This document shows positions 18,081-29,136 of a DNA stretch of 64,000 bases, piece by piece (the stretch's first letter is position 1; each line of letters begins with the position of its first letter). The DNA lies in NCBI GenBank assembly GCA_043779265.1, contig JAYWEM010000084.1:1-64000 (forward strand), in the 5' to 3' direction. The position numbers and the translations under genes were made by a program. The notes beneath the pieces were generated by a model. It made no database searches. It was not told the origin of the DNA and saw only the letters and a list, made by a program, of their open reading frames with translations. The DNA comes from a bacterium. Its GTDB lineage: Bacteria > Eisenbacteria > RBG-16-71-46.

Positions 18081-19941
18081 GCACACCGACCTCGAGAAGA
18101 ACGAGTCGCGCAACACGCTGTTCCTGGTCACGCTCGATGGCACCGCGGAGCCTCGCGCGCTCACCTCGCCCGAGCTGTCGGCCTCGGGCCCTCGCTGGGC
18201 TCCCGATGGGCGCCGCTTCACATTCCTCCGTAAGGACGCCGACTCGCGGATGCAGTTGCATCTGCTGTCGCTCGATGGCGGCGAGCCGCGCGTCCTGACG
18301 ACGCTGCCACTCGGCGTCTCCGATGCGCTGTGGCTGCCGGACGGCAAGGGGCTGATCCTCGCGGCGCAGTTGATCAAGGGGCACCTGACGCCCGAGGCGA
18401 CGCTCGCCGAGCGCGACCGCCGCGCCAAGGACCCGGTCAAGGCGCACGTCACCGAGGACCGCTTCTATCGCTACTGGGACACGTGGATCGACACGGGCGA
18501 GGTGATGCATCTGTTCCACCTCGAGCTTGCGAGTGGTGCGGTGCGCGACCTGATCCCGGACTCGGAGCTGTGGTTCGAGTGGATGGACCCGACGGGGCAG
18601 TTCGACATCAGCCCCGATGGCGCCGAGGTGGCGTTCACGGGCACGTGGTTCGATGACGCGCGCTCGCTCATCGTCACTTCCGTGTTCACCGTGCCGATCA
18701 CCGGCGGCACGCCGGCACGGCTCGTCCCGCCGCACACCGCCGACGACTTCCGCCCGCGCTATTCTCCGGACGGCACTCAGATCGTCTACGGACGCACGCT
18801 CGACCCGCTGTTCTACGCCGACCCGCCGCAGCTCATGCGCTACGAGCGTGCGAGCCGCCAGCACTTCATGATCGTGACCGATTGGGACTTCTCGCCGACC
18901 GGTTGGGAGTTCAGCGACGACGGCTCGCTGGTGTTCGTGGCCGAGCAGCATGCGCGCGTGAAGTTGTTCGCCTGGAACGGCAAGGGCGAGCCGCAGGTGG
19001 TGGTCGGCGAGGGTGCGGTCAGCGGGATGTCGCCGGTCCGAGGCGGTCGGCTCGTCTACGCGCATCAGACGAACGCCTCGCCCACCGAGATCGAGGTGTG
19101 CGCCAAGGACGGCTCGAAGCGCCAGCGCATCACCCACTTCACCGACGCGGTCGTCGCGCGCTACGGGACCGGCGAGGTGCGCGAGATGCTGTTCGAGGGC
19201 GCCGACGGCGAGACCGTTCAGATGCTCGTCGTGCTTCCTCCGGGCGCGGACGGCAGCCAGCCGCTGCCGCTGGTGCACATGATCCACGGCGGCCCGCACG
19301 GCATCTTCGGCGACCAGTGGCATGCGAGATGGAACCCGCATCTGTTCGCGGCGCCCGGTTACGTGGCGGCGATGGTCAACTTCCAGGGCTCGACGTCGTG
19401 GGGGAAGGACTTCGCCAAGCGCATCCAGGGCGAGTGGGCGAGGCGGCCGCACGAGGATGTGATGAACGCGACCGACGTGCTGATCGCCGCGGGTATCGCC
19501 GATCCCGAGCGCATGGCAGCCACCGGTGGCAGCTACGGTGGCTACATGGCGACCTGGATCGCCGGCCACACGGACCGCTTCAAGTGCATCATCTGCCACG
19601 CGGGCGTGAACGACCTGACCGGCCAGTACGCGAGCGACGTCACACAGGGGCGTGGCCAAGCGGCGGGCGGCGAGGCGTGGGACGGTCTCGAAGCGCAGGA
19701 TCGCTGGTCGCCGATCCGCTATGCGAGCGCCATGAACACGCCGATGCTGGTGATCCACGGCGAGCGCGACTACCGCGTGCCGGTGGGGCAGGGACTGCTG
19801 CTCTACGGGATGCTCAAGGCCAAGGGCGTGCCCGCGAGGCTCGTGTACTTCCCGGACGAGAACCACTGGATCCTCAAGCCGAAGAACTCGCTCCTGTGGT
19901 GCGGCGAAGTGCAGAGCTGGTTGGGTCGCTGGCTCGGCTGA
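17935..19941 (+). CDS. S9 family peptidase (dipeptidyl/acylaminoacyl peptidase)
   Basis: SPDG propeller repeats, IHGGPH, GGSYGG, DYRVP and DENHW motifs. Confidence 0.95.
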   Translation: MPVSSPAHTVIHPARKGPRPMTAEDLWDLPRVGSPQPSPDGRWALVPVAHTDLEKNESRNTLFLVTLDGTAEPRALTSPELSASGPRWAPDGRRFTFLRKDADSRMQLHLLSLDGGEPRVLTTLPLGVSDALWLPDGKGLILAAQLIKGHLTPEATLAERDRRAKDPVKAHVTEDRFYRYWDTWIDTGEVMHLFHLELASGAVRDLIPDSELWFEWMDPTGQFDISPDGAEVAFTGTWFDDARSLIVTSVFTVPITGGTPARLVPPHTADDFRPRYSPDGTQIVYGRTLDPLFYADPPQLMRYERASRQHFMIVTDWDFSPTGWEFSDDGSLVFVAEQHARVKLFAWNGKGEPQVVVGEGAVSGMSPVRGGRLVYAHQTNASPTEIEVCAKDGSKRQRITHFTDAVVARYGTGEVREMLFEGADGETVQMLVVLPPGADGSQPLPLVHMIHGGPHGIFGDQWHARWNPHLFAAPGYVAAMVNFQGSTSWGKDFAKRIQGEWARRPHEDVMNATDVLIAAGIADPERMAATGGSYGGYMATWIAGHTDRFKCIICHAGVNDLTGQYASDVTQGRGQAAGGEAWDGLEAQDRWSPIRYASAMNTPMLVIHGERDYRVPVGQGLLLYGMLKAKGVPARLVYFPDENHWILKPKNSLLWCGEVQSWLGRWLG

Positions 19942-20012
19942 GACGTGTGCGCCGCCGGGCCCCGCGAGAGCGGTGGCCCGGCTCGCCGATCCCGTTCTAG
20001 AGTGCGGGCACC

Positions 20013-20354
20013 ATGCCCCTGTCCGAGAAGCTGCTGCGCCTGCTCGCGGAGTGTGATGTCGAGACCTATCGCGCCTCCGGGCCGGGCGGTCAGCATCGCA
20101 ACAAGACCGAGTCGGCGGTGCGGTTGCGGCACAGGCCCTCGGGTCTGACCCGCATCGGGACCGAGGAGCGCTCGCAGCTGCGGAACAAGCAGCGGGCGCT
20201 CGAGCGCCTTCATGCCGCGCTCGAAGCCGCCAAGCGCAAGAAGAAGAAGCGCATCGCCACGAAGCCCACGCGCTCGTCGCAGCTCGACCGCATGGACAGC
20301 AAGACGCGCCGGTCCAAGGTGAAGCGCCTGCGGAGTACGAGCTCCGACGACTGA
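20013..20354 (+). CDS. ArfB-like peptidyl-tRNA hydrolase / release factor homolog
   Basis: [26 protein letters not shown] and a basic C-terminal tail. Confidence 0.88.
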   Translation: MPLSEKLLRLLAECDVETYRASGPGGQHRNKTESAVRLRHRPSGLTRIGTEERSQLRNKQRALERLHAALEAAKRKKKKRIATKPTRSSQLDRMDSKTRRSKVKRLRSTSSDD

Positions 20355-20480
20355 GCCGGGCCGGGACCCGCGCGGGCTGGCCGCCCGGCGCGGCTGGGGC
20401 TAGTGTCCCGTCTCGTGCCCGCGCGCGTGGCCACGCCGGAGACACGCCTGCCGACCGCCTGGAACGCCTCGGAGAACTCG

Positions 20481-21089
20481 ATGAATCCCACGCCCGGACC
20501 TGCCGATATCCACGAGAGCCCGAGAAGCGAACCCCGGCTCCCTCCGGGGCAGGTGCTGACCGAGAAGTGGCCAGTTCTCCACTACGGATCGGTGCCGACG
20601 GTGGACCTCGACACCTGGGATCTCACGGTGAACGGCCTCGTCGAGCACGAGCAGAAGTGGAATTGGTCGCAGTTCGAGCAGCTCCCGCGGGTGCAGGTGA
20701 GGTCGGACATCCACTGCGTCACACGGTGGAGTCGCTACGACAACCTGTGGGAAGGCGTTTCGATGCGTGACCTCCTGTCGCGCGTGGCCGTGAAGCCGGA
20801 GTGCCGGTTCGCGATCATCCACGCCGAGCAGGGGTTCACCACCAATCTCCCGATCGCGGAGCTCCTGCACGATGACGTCCTGCTCGCCGACCAGCACAGT
20901 GGCCAGCCGCTCACGCCCGAGCACGGGTGGCCGCTTCGGCTCGTCGTGCCCAAGCGCTACTTCTGGAAGAGCGCCAAGTGGGTGCGCCGGATCGAACTGG
21001 TGGGAGCCGATGTCCCCGGATTCTGGGAGCGCAATGGCTATCACAACGACGCCGATCCCTGGAGCGAGGAACGTTTCTCCGACTGGTGA
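20481..21089 (+). CDS. Sulfite oxidase-like molybdopterin oxidoreductase (cytoplasmic)
   Basis: RLPPGQ, DIHCVTRWS, EHGWPLRL, YFWKSAKW and GFWERNGYH motifs. Confidence 0.92.
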   Translation: MNPTPGPADIHESPRSEPRLPPGQVLTEKWPVLHYGSVPTVDLDTWDLTVNGLVEHEQKWNWSQFEQLPRVQVRSDIHCVTRWSRYDNLWEGVSMRDLLSRVAVKPECRFAIIHAEQGFTTNLPIAELLHDDVLLADQHSGQPLTPEHGWPLRLVVPKRYFWKSAKWVRRIELVGADVPGFWERNGYHNDADPWSEERFSDW

Positions 21090-21107
21090 CCCGGCCGAGG
21101 AGGGGCG

Positions 21108-22502
21108 ATGAACGACGACGCTCGCGTCGCCCAGGCTCGCCGCTGGCTCGAAGAGCAGTTGGTCGGGCTCGCCGGCCTCCGCAACGCGCAGTCGCGCGAT
21201 CCGGCCTTCAAGCACTGGCGCCAGAACACGCTCACCGTGCTCCAGCGCATCTGGCCGGATGATGCTGGCCACTCCGAGAACTTCCGGCGCATCCCGTTTT
21301 CGATGCCCGGCAACAAGACGACGCCGAAGGCGATTCGCGAGTGGTATTCGCGCGGCTGCACGGACGCGGCCAAGGTGCTGCGCATGCTGCTCGAGGAAGT
21401 CGACACCGTCGGCGTTCCCGATCCCAGCAAGGATCGTTCGCGCGAGATCGAGAATGAAGTCGTGGTCGGCGACTACCCCACGCTCGACCTGGCCTCGGGA
21501 GAGGCCGAGTCGGATTCGTCAGGCCCCGAAGTGGCGGACGAGATCATGCTCGACCTGGGTGCGCCGAGCACTCCGATCGGAGCTGCGACGGCCTCGATGC
21601 TCGATCGTGGGCCCGACGAACCGTTGCCTCCAACGCTCAAGGTCGCCGTTCCCAAGGCCGCGCCGCTCCCAGCTGCGACGAGCGACGAACTTCCGGTCGT
21701 GAAGGAGCGCGTGAGCGCTCAGCCGATTCCCAAGCGCCGTGCCTCGGCCAAGCCGAGCCGCAAGGAGCGCACACGCGGAGCCTCGCGCCAGAAGCTCAAG
21801 GACATGCTCGGCCTCGCTCGATTCGAAGCGGTCGAGGGTAGTGCGGCCGAGCCGGCGGCTGCAGCGACGCCAGCCACACCGACCGCCGAGGCGGCGGCTC
21901 CGACCATGCAAGTCGGGAACGTCGAGGCCGCACCGCCCAAGCGCCGCTCCGGCTCGATCGTCGACCTGAACTCGATGATCGCCGCGGAGTTCCGCGATGC
22001 TCCGGCGGTCGAGCCGCGCCGAACGGCGGCCAAGTCGGTCGAAGCGCCGGTTCCCGCGAACGAGGAGGCGCCGGTCGCGGACGAGGCGCCTGCGCCTGCG
22101 ATCGAGCAGGCTCCAATGGCGAGCACCGAGGACACTGCCGAATCGTCCGAGGATGGCCTCGACCCCGAGGCGTTCGCCCGTGCAACCGAGGCCTTCCTGC
22201 TGACGTCGCCGGTGCTGGGCTCGACCGGTCGGCCGGTGCAGCGTGTCTCGGATGGCACGTCGTTCATGGATCCCGACGCCGTCGCCGTGGCGTCGCTGGC
22301 GAGCGAGGTCGGGCGGCTATCGGTGCCCGAACCCCAGCGCGCATCGCTTCGCGCTCACCTGATGGGTCTCGCGCGCCAGCTCGAGACCGGTGAGCTCGAG
22401 TGGGCACTGTTGCGTGAGTCGGTGACGCTTTCGATGGAGCATCCGGAGCTGGCGCGGCGACTCATGCCGATCCTGCTCCCGTGGCTCGACCGCGCCGCCT
22501 GA
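21108..22502 (+). CDS. Hypothetical protein (globular ends, Ala/Pro/Glu-rich linker)
   Basis: Long ORF with a GAGGAGG RBS and host-like codons. No recognised family. Confidence 0.75.
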   Translation: MNDDARVAQARRWLEEQLVGLAGLRNAQSRDPAFKHWRQNTLTVLQRIWPDDAGHSENFRRIPFSMPGNKTTPKAIREWYSRGCTDAAKVLRMLLEEVDTVGVPDPSKDRSREIENEVVVGDYPTLDLASGEAESDSSGPEVADEIMLDLGAPSTPIGAATASMLDRGPDEPLPPTLKVAVPKAAPLPAATSDELPVVKERVSAQPIPKRRASAKPSRKERTRGASRQKLKDMLGLARFEAVEGSAAEPAAAATPATPTAEAAAPTMQVGNVEAAPPKRRSGSIVDLNSMIAAEFRDAPAVEPRRTAAKSVEAPVPANEEAPVADEAPAPAIEQAPMASTEDTAESSEDGLDPEAFARATEAFLLTSPVLGSTGRPVQRVSDGTSFMDPDAVAVASLASEVGRLSVPEPQRASLRAHLMGLARQLETGELEWALLRESVTLSMEHPELARRLMPILLPWLDRAA

Positions 22503-22642
22503 GTGGCCGAGCAGACGCGCCCGCCGCGTCCCACATCGCGACGAAGTCGTCATGATCTGACCACGCTCAGAACTTCGCGTTGCAAGGTGTCACGCATCCG
22601 CTGTGCTACCGTCCGCATCGGAATGTGCGGAGGTATCCGGAC

Positions 22643-25252
22643 ATGAACTTCGATCGCTACACCATCAAGTCACGTGAAGCGGTGGACCGAGCGCAGCGCC
22701 TGGCGCGCGAACGCGGTCACCAGCAGCTCGAACCCGAGCACCTGCTGACCTCCCTCCTCGCCGAGAGCGAAGGGACCGTACTGGCCCTGTTCCAGAAGCT
22801 GGGCGCCCCTCGTGCCGACCTCCTGCGTGCCGTCGGCGCCGCGATCGAGCGGCTGCCGCGCGTCAGTGGCGCCTCGGGGCTCTATATGTCGAATGCGCTG
22901 CGCGAGGTGTTCGAGCGCGCGGATGCGCACGCCGAACGGCTCAAGGACGAGTTCATCAGTGTCGAGCATCTGCTCGTCGCGCTGGCCGACCCGGCCCATG
23001 CGAATGGCGCCCAGCGTGTGCTCGCTCAGTCAGGTGTGACCGCCGAGGCGATCCTCTCGGCACTTCAGACGGTTCGAGGAGGCCAGCGAGTGACGGACGA
23101 GAGTCCCGAGGACAAGTACCAGGCCCTCTCCAAGTACGGTCGCGACCTGACGGCGGCTGCTCGCGCCGGCAAGCTCGACCCGGTGATCGGGCGTGACGAT
23201 GAGATCCGCCGCGTGGTCCAGGTATTGGCGCGCCGGACCAAGAACAATCCCGTGCTGATCGGTGATCCGGGTGTGGGCAAGACCGCGATCGTCGAAGGCT
23301 TGGCGCAGCGCATCATCAGTGGTGACGTGCCGGAGTCGCTCAAGGACAAGCGCGTCATGGCACTCGATCTGGGAGCGCTGATCGCCGGCTCCAAGTTCCG
23401 AGGTGAGTTCGAGGATCGGCTCAAGGCTGTGCTCAAGGAGGTCATCGATGCCGAGAACCGCATCGTCCTCTTCATCGATGAGCTGCACACGCTCGTTGGC
23501 GCTGGTGGCGCCGAAGGGGCTGTCGATGCCAGCAATCTGCTCAAGCCGGCGCTGGCGCGCGGCGAGCTGCACTGTGTCGGGGCGACGACGCTCGACGAGT
23601 ATCGCAAATATATCGAGAAGGATGCCGCGCTCGAGCGGCGCTTCCAGCCGGTCGTCGTGGGGGAGCCCAGCGTCGAAGACGCCATCGCCATCCTGCGCGG
23701 GCTCAAGGAGCGCTACGAAGTGCACCACGGCATCCGCATCAAGGACTCGGCGCTGGTCGCGGCGGCGACGCTGTCGGACCGCTACATCGCCGACCGCAAG
23801 CTGCCGGACAAGGCGATCGATCTGATCGACGAGGCGGCCTCACGGCTGCGCATGGAGATCGACTCGATGCCGGTCGAACTCGATGAGATCGCACGTCGCG
23901 TGCGGCAACTCGAGATCGAGCGCATCGGGCTCGCCAAGGAGACGGACAAGGCGACGCAGGACCGCCTCGCTCGCCTGGACGATGAGTTGAAGCGGCTCAA
24001 AGCGGACAAGGCCAAACTCGACGAGCATTGGCAGAAGGAACGCACGTCGATCACCCGCATCAGCGAACTGAAGGCGCAGCGCGAGACGCTCAAGACCGAC
24101 GAGGCGCGCGCCGAGCGCGCCGGGGACCTCGAGCGTGTCGCCCGCATCCGGAACAACGACCTGCTCCTGCTCCAGCGCGAGCTCGAACAGCAGAGCGCGC
24201 GTCTCGCCGTGATCCAGACGCAGCAGAAGATGCTCAAGGAGGAGGTCGACGAGGAGGACGTCGCCGAGGTCGTCGCCAAGTGGACCGGCGTGCCGGTCAC
24301 GCGACTGCTCGAGAGCGAGGTGCAGAAGCTGCTCCGCATGGAGGAGCGCCTGCACGACCGCGTCGTCGGTCAGGCCGAGGCCGTGCGCGTCGTCTCGGAG
24401 GCTGTGCGCCGGTCGCGCGCGGGTCTGCAGGACGCGAAGCGGCCGATCGGGTCGTTCCTCTTCCTCGGACCGACCGGGGTCGGCAAGACGGAGTTGGCGC
24501 GCGCCCTCGCGGAGTTCCTGTTCGATGACGAGCGCGCGATGATCCGACTCGACATGAGCGAGTACCTGGAGAAGCACTCGGTGGCGCGGATGATCGGTGC
24601 GCCTCCCGGGTACGTCGGCTACGAGGAGGGCGGCGCGCTCACCGAGTCGGTGAGGCGCAAGCCGTACTCCGTCGTGCTCCTCGATGAGGTCGAGAAGGCG
24701 CATGTCGAGGTGCTGAATGTGTTGCTGCAGTTGCTCGACGATGGTCGGTTGACCGACGGGCAGGGGCGCACCGTGGATTTCCGCAACACCCTCGTCATCA
24801 TGACGTCGAATCTCGGTTCGGACGCCATCCTCGAACTGGTGGAGCGCGATCGAGCCGAGATGGAAGCCCTGGTGCAGCGTGCGCTGCGCGAGCACTTCCG
24901 GCCCGAGTTCCTCAACCGACTCGATGAGATCGTGACGTTCCACCCGCTGAGTCGGGCCGACATCCGCCGCATCGTCGACCTCCAGGTCGAGCACCTCCGC
25001 ATCCTGCTCGCCGAACGCGAGATCGGGCTGGTGCTCTCGGACGCGGCCAGCGACACGCTGGGCGACGAGGGCTACGATCCGCAGTTCGGCGCCCGGCCAC
25101 TCAAGCGAGTCATCCAGCGCCGATTGCAGAACCCGCTCGCGATGAAGCTGCTGGCGGGCGAGTTCAAGGCGGGCGAGGTCGTCGAAGTGGGGATCGCGGA
25201 TGGTGGCTACACCTTCCGCGTCGCCCGACCTGAGCCTGCGGGCGTCTCATGA
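22643..25252 (+). CDS. clpB: ATP-dependent chaperone ClpB
   Basis: Two AAA+ modules (GDPGVGKT and GPTGVGKT), coiled-coil M domain, GAPPGYVGY and GARPLKR. Confidence 0.97.
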   Translation: MNFDRYTIKSREAVDRAQRLARERGHQQLEPEHLLTSLLAESEGTVLALFQKLGAPRADLLRAVGAAIERLPRVSGASGLYMSNALREVFERADAHAERLKDEFISVEHLLVALADPAHANGAQRVLAQSGVTAEAILSALQTVRGGQRVTDESPEDKYQALSKYGRDLTAAARAGKLDPVIGRDDEIRRVVQVLARRTKNNPVLIGDPGVGKTAIVEGLAQRIISGDVPESLKDKRVMALDLGALIAGSKFRGEFEDRLKAVLKEVIDAENRIVLFIDELHTLVGAGGAEGAVDASNLLKPALARGELHCVGATTLDEYRKYIEKDAALERRFQPVVVGEPSVEDAIAILRGLKERYEVHHGIRIKDSALVAAATLSDRYIADRKLPDKAIDLIDEAASRLRMEIDSMPVELDEIARRVRQLEIERIGLAKETDKATQDRLARLDDELKRLKADKAKLDEHWQKERTSITRISELKAQRETLKTDEARAERAGDLERVARIRNNDLLLLQRELEQQSARLAVIQTQQKMLKEEVDEEDVAEVVAKWTGVPVTRLLESEVQKLLRMEERLHDRVVGQAEAVRVVSEAVRRSRAGLQDAKRPIGSFLFLGPTGVGKTELARALAEFLFDDERAMIRLDMSEYLEKHSVARMIGAPPGYVGYEEGGALTESVRRKPYSVVLLDEVEKAHVEVLNVLLQLLDDGRLTDGQGRTVDFRNTLVIMTSNLGSDAILELVERDRAEMEALVQRALREHFRPEFLNRLDEIVTFHPLSRADIRRIVDLQVEHLRILLAEREIGLVLSDAASDTLGDEGYDPQFGARPLKRVIQRRLQNPLAMKLLAGEFKAGEVVEVGIADGGYTFRVARPEPAGVS

Positions 25253-25265
25253 TCGAGGGGGCTGT

Positions 25266-25511
25266 GTGAGTCAGAGGGGCGGAGTCGATGCACGCAGCAA
25301 GCTGGGCCGTGCCATGTTCTCGCTGGTGGATGCCTCGCGGAAGCTCTCGGTCGACACGCGCACGCGGGTGGTCCGCGTGCGCAATGCCATCGAAGCCAAT
25401 CCCGACGACGCGCTCACCCGGTTCTCGGTGCGAAGCGATCTCGACGTGCTGGGACGCGATCCCAAGCTGAATTCGATTGTGCGCATGCTGTGGAAGGCGA
25501 TGGCGAGCTGA
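25266..25511 (+). CDS. Small hypothetical protein
   Basis: GTG start after GAGGGGG. Fills the gap and has host-like codons. Confidence 0.55.
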   Translation: MSQRGGVDARSKLGRAMFSLVDASRKLSVDTRTRVVRVRNAIEANPDDALTRFSVRSDLDVLGRDPKLNSIVRMLWKAMAS

Positions 25512-25517
25512 TCGCGA

Positions 25518-26876
25518 TCAGTCGCGGGCGAGGTCCTCGGCGCGAACGAAGTCCCGATGTTTGCCGCGACCGCGCCGCTCGAATCGCACGACCTCGATCA
25601 GCTCGACGTCGATGCCCAGCACTTCACGGACCTCGGCGACCAGCCGGGGCCGCCACTCGGCCGACCACGCTGGCCCGGTCAACACGCGCAGCTCGATCCG
25701 CCCCTCGGGGAACTGGACGAACTGGTACTCGCGGATGCGGCCGTCGCGCCCGTGGGACTTGAAGACGTACGAGGGCTGATTGGCGTTGATGCGGCGACCA
25801 TCGGGAAGCGTCAGTGTGTCGCCCGCGCGGCCCGAGACACGGCCCAGAAGCGGCAGCGCGCAGCGAGCGCCTGGAGGGAGCGGCCAGAAGTCGGGCGCGG
25901 TCGGATCTCCGATGGGCTCCACGAGATCGCCGACGCGATAGCGCAACATCGGCATGCGCAGGTTGTTCAGATCGGTGAGCAGGAGCGCCCAGTGCCCATC
26001 CTCGGTGCGCTCATGGTCGACCACTACGGACTCCACCGGGACGCGCATGCCGCCCTCGGGATGTTCGAAGCCGGCCACGCCGATCTCGGCACAGCCGTAG
26101 CTGTCGGCGACCGGACAACCGAACGCGGCGTGGATGCGCTCGCGTTGCGAGTCATGCAGAACCTCGGCGCTGGTGATCACCACACGCCAATCGAGCGAGC
26201 GTCCATCGAGACCCTGGGCGAGCACTTCGTCGGCGAACTGCGTGATCGCCGAGGGGTATCCGAACGCGAAGCGGACTCGGTTCGAGGACAGGCGCGTGTG
26301 CGCTTGACGCGCCCGTTCCGGGTCCATCGTGAACGCGGAGACGCGTACACGATTGAAGAAGCGGTCCTTGCGTTCGGCGACCGCGCGATCCTCGCTGGCG
26401 AGCGGGACGCCCCAGAAATACGCGTAAGGATCGCCGCAGTCGACGCCCCACCAATGCCAGCCGCGGAACACCTGTGCATGCGCGTGCGCCCACGACAAGT
26501 GGCCGCGCTCGACCGCGACCGGTGTGCCCGAGGATCCGGAGGTCGCCGCCTTGAGACCCGCAGGGGCGGACTCCGAGAGCAATCGCTTCGCCGAGGTCTG
26601 AACCTCGGGCTTGCCGATCGACGGCAGCGCCCGCCAATCCTCCCACGACCGGATCGCGCCGGGCTCGATGCCCAGTGCTCGCCAACTCTCGCGATAAAAG
26701 GGAACCGCGGCGGCGCAGTGGCGTATCAACGTCTGGAGGCGCTGCCACTGGAGCTTCCGGAGCCGCTCGGCATCCCAGGTCTGTGTCCGCTCGATGTCAC
26801 GCAGGACGGCATCGACCGCTTCGCCGCGCCACCTCTGGGCACCGTAGTAAGCGAGTCTGTGGAGGAGAGGGATCAG
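25518..26876 (-). CDS. Phenylacetate-CoA ligase / CapK family adenylate-forming protein (probable CTG start)
   Basis: TSGSSG, GYPS, SYGCAE, RYRVGD and GKHR motifs. The frame stays open upstream of the listed TTG through LRKLQWQRLQTL to a CTG preceded by GAGG. Confidence 0.85.
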   Translation of the reverse strand: MIPLLHRLAYYGAQRWRGEAVDAVLRDIERTQTWDAERLRKLQWQRLQTLIRHCAAAVPFYRESWRALGIEPGAIRSWEDWRALPSIGKPEVQTSAKRLLSESAPAGLKAATSGSSGTPVAVERGHLSWAHAHAQVFRGWHWWGVDCGDPYAYFWGVPLASEDRAVAERKDRFFNRVRVSAFTMDPERARQAHTRLSSNRVRFAFGYPSAITQFADEVLAQGLDGRSLDWRVVITSAEVLHDSQRERIHAAFGCPVADSYGCAEIGVAGFEHPEGGMRVPVESVVVDHERTEDGHWALLLTDLNNLRMPMLRYRVGDLVEPIGDPTAPDFWPLPPGARCALPLLGRVSGRAGDTLTLPDGRRINANQPSYVFKSHGRDGRIREYQFVQFPEGRIELRVLTGPAWSAEWRPRLVAEVREVLGIDVELIEVVRFERRGRGKHRDFVRAEDLARD

Positions 26877-27155
26877 GGAGGGCCTCGTGACGGGATCCGA
26901 GTGGCGCGGGTCCGGACGTTCCGCGCACGCTGCACACTACATCGGCCGGAGAGAGCGGGCAGTTGAAGCGCCAGCGCCTTGTTCGAGCGGTCCGTGGGAA
27001 CGGGTGGCGGCTTGGAGCGAGGTGTTGCAGACTGCAAGCTGATTCCGGGCCCGGCCAGCCATCCGGCACGCCGGCCCGTTCCGAGTGAGTGCCCTGGCCG
27101 GGCGTGAACCCTTGAAAACACAGCATCGTGAGCATCCGGACGCATATCCGGCTTT

Positions 27156-27171
27156 TGGCATGTGGACTGCA
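27156..27171 (+). promoter_or_regulatory. Putative sigma54 (-24/-12) promoter
   Basis: TGGCATGTGGACTGCA fits GG-N10-GC. Upstream lie an IHF-like TGAACCCTTGAAA (27105) and the palindrome TTGCAG-A-CTGCAA (27025-27037). Confidence 0.5.
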
Positions 27172-27232
27172 TGCCGACAACGGGCTCAGTCGACCCGACA
27201 GCTCTGCGCCCATCGACTCCGGGGAAGGTGAC

Positions 27233-29074
27233 ATGCCATTCCGGCAGCCTCTTGCGACAATCGCGACTCTCCTGCTGCTGCTCGTCGTGGCATCGCCCGC
27301 GGCAGCGGCCACCTACTACGTGACGTCCACGGGTTCGTCCTCCAACCCGGGCACTCAGGGCTCGCCGTGGTCGATCTCGAAGGCGCTCACCACGGCTATC
27401 GCCGGGGACGTCATCCTGATCGCGGATGGCTCGTACACGGGTGACATGCGCCCCACCAACTCGGGCAACTCGGGTGCGCGCATCTCGTTCATCGGAAACC
27501 TGGCGACGCCGACCAACGTTTCGTTCTCGGGGCACATCAACCTGACCGCCCGGTCGTACATCAGCGTCAAGGGCATCGCGGCGGTCGATCTGACGATGGA
27601 TGCCACGTCCTCGACGGTTCGGCCCGAGCAGGACTCCGTCCTCTTCTGTCGCGCGACCGGCAGTCTGAACATGAGCGGTGCGCTGCGCTCCCACGTCGCC
27701 AACTGCACCATCGGCGCGATCACGGGCCAGCACCGTTGGTTCCTGGGGCCGAGTCCGATCCGCACGACGCTCTGCACGTTCCGCAACAACACGATGTACT
27801 TCGGTGGAGTCATGGCGCAGCCGCACGCGGTCAAGTTCGATCGCCCGGTGGCCTGTGAGTTCACCGACAACAAGGTGCTCGTGACGATGCCGGCGGGCGC
27901 GGTCGACGTGCATGGCCGCATCCAGTACGGCGTCCAGCACAGCCTGTTCCGCGGCAACAAGTGGATGCTCGACAACAAGACGGGGTACACGAACTACATC
28001 TTCGTGCAGCGCGACTCGTGCCGGTTCAACACGTATGAGCGCGACACCGTCATCGAGCTGGCCACGAGCAACGCCCCCGCCTACATCCGATTCGCGACCT
28101 CCGGGAGCTTTCCGGGAACGAACGGCTGGAACAAGTTCATCAACTGCTTCTTCAAGGCGAACACGACGCTGGACTATCAGAACGACGTCCGCGGCGACGA
28201 GTGGTACGGCAGCACGCTGGTCAGTACCGGTCGCGCGATGGACTTCAGCCCATTGTTCTCGTTCGCCGACAGCGTGACGTTCCGTCACTGCACGTTCTAC
28301 TCCTCATCGAGTTCGGGCATCACGATGGAGATGATGAAGAACACGAATCTCCGCTTCGTGAGCAATGTCGTGTACACGCGCGGAACGTTCTGTCCCGGGA
28401 CGTTCATGCCGACCAGTGCCATCTCGGACAGCAACCTGTTCTTCCAGGCGGGCGGTTCATCGGGCAACGTGATCGGCACATCCGGCGGCGCCTGCGGGCC
28501 GGTCGGTGCCGGTTCGGCTTGGTGCATCAATAATTCGGATGAGTGCCGCAGTAAGTGGGGAAGTCCGGCGTTCCTCGACTCGAGCTATGCCTCGTTCGAT
28601 CCGTCACCGCGTGCGAACTCGCAGGCGCTTGGATCGTTCTGGAAGGCTGGCTACGTGGGAGCGCACCCTTTCGCAGGCGGGGCCACCGACGTGACGCCTC
28701 CAGGCCCCGTCGCTGATCTCGGCGTCTCGCAGCCTGCCGCACAGAGCCTGCTCGTCTCCTGGACCGCTCCCGGCGACGATGGCTCGACTGGCACGGCGAC
28801 GATCTACGACCTCCGCCGCTCGACGTCGCTGATCACCTCGGCGAACTTCAACTCGGCCGCTGCCGTCGCTCCGCAGCCCTCACCCGCGGCCTCGGGCACG
28901 CCACAGAGTTTCGTGGCGCTGAATCTGACGGGCGGAACGACCTACTACTTCGCCATCAAGGCGAGGGACGAGGCGGGCAACTGGTCGGTGATGAGTAACG
29001 TGGCCAGCGCTACGACGCTCGCGGACACGACTCCGCCCGCGGCGATCCAGGATCTGGGCGCCACTTCGCCCTAG
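27233..29074 (+). CDS. Secreted beta-helix (pectin-lyase-like) protein with a C-terminal FN3 domain
   Basis: Signal peptide, ATYYV..GSSSNPGTQGSPW, AGDVILIADGSY, and FN3 WTAPGDDG...TYYFAIKARDEAGNWS. Confidence 0.85.
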   Translation: MPFRQPLATIATLLLLLVVASPAAAATYYVTSTGSSSNPGTQGSPWSISKALTTAIAGDVILIADGSYTGDMRPTNSGNSGARISFIGNLATPTNVSFSGHINLTARSYISVKGIAAVDLTMDATSSTVRPEQDSVLFCRATGSLNMSGALRSHVANCTIGAITGQHRWFLGPSPIRTTLCTFRNNTMYFGGVMAQPHAVKFDRPVACEFTDNKVLVTMPAGAVDVHGRIQYGVQHSLFRGNKWMLDNKTGYTNYIFVQRDSCRFNTYERDTVIELATSNAPAYIRFATSGSFPGTNGWNKFINCFFKANTTLDYQNDVRGDEWYGSTLVSTGRAMDFSPLFSFADSVTFRHCTFYSSSSSGITMEMMKNTNLRFVSNVVYTRGTFCPGTFMPTSAISDSNLFFQAGGSSGNVIGTSGGACGPVGAGSAWCINNSDECRSKWGSPAFLDSSYASFDPSPRANSQALGSFWKAGYVGAHPFAGGATDVTPPGPVADLGVSQPAAQSLLVSWTAPGDDGSTGTATIYDLRRSTSLITSANFNSAAAVAPQPSPAASGTPQSFVALNLTGGTTYYFAIKARDEAGNWSVMSNVASATTLADTTPPAAIQDLGATSP

Positions 29075-29136
29075 CGCTCGAGGGGGCGGGCGGCCGAGCC
29101 TCGCTGCCCCGCTCCAGAGTTGCTAGGGTGCGCCGG

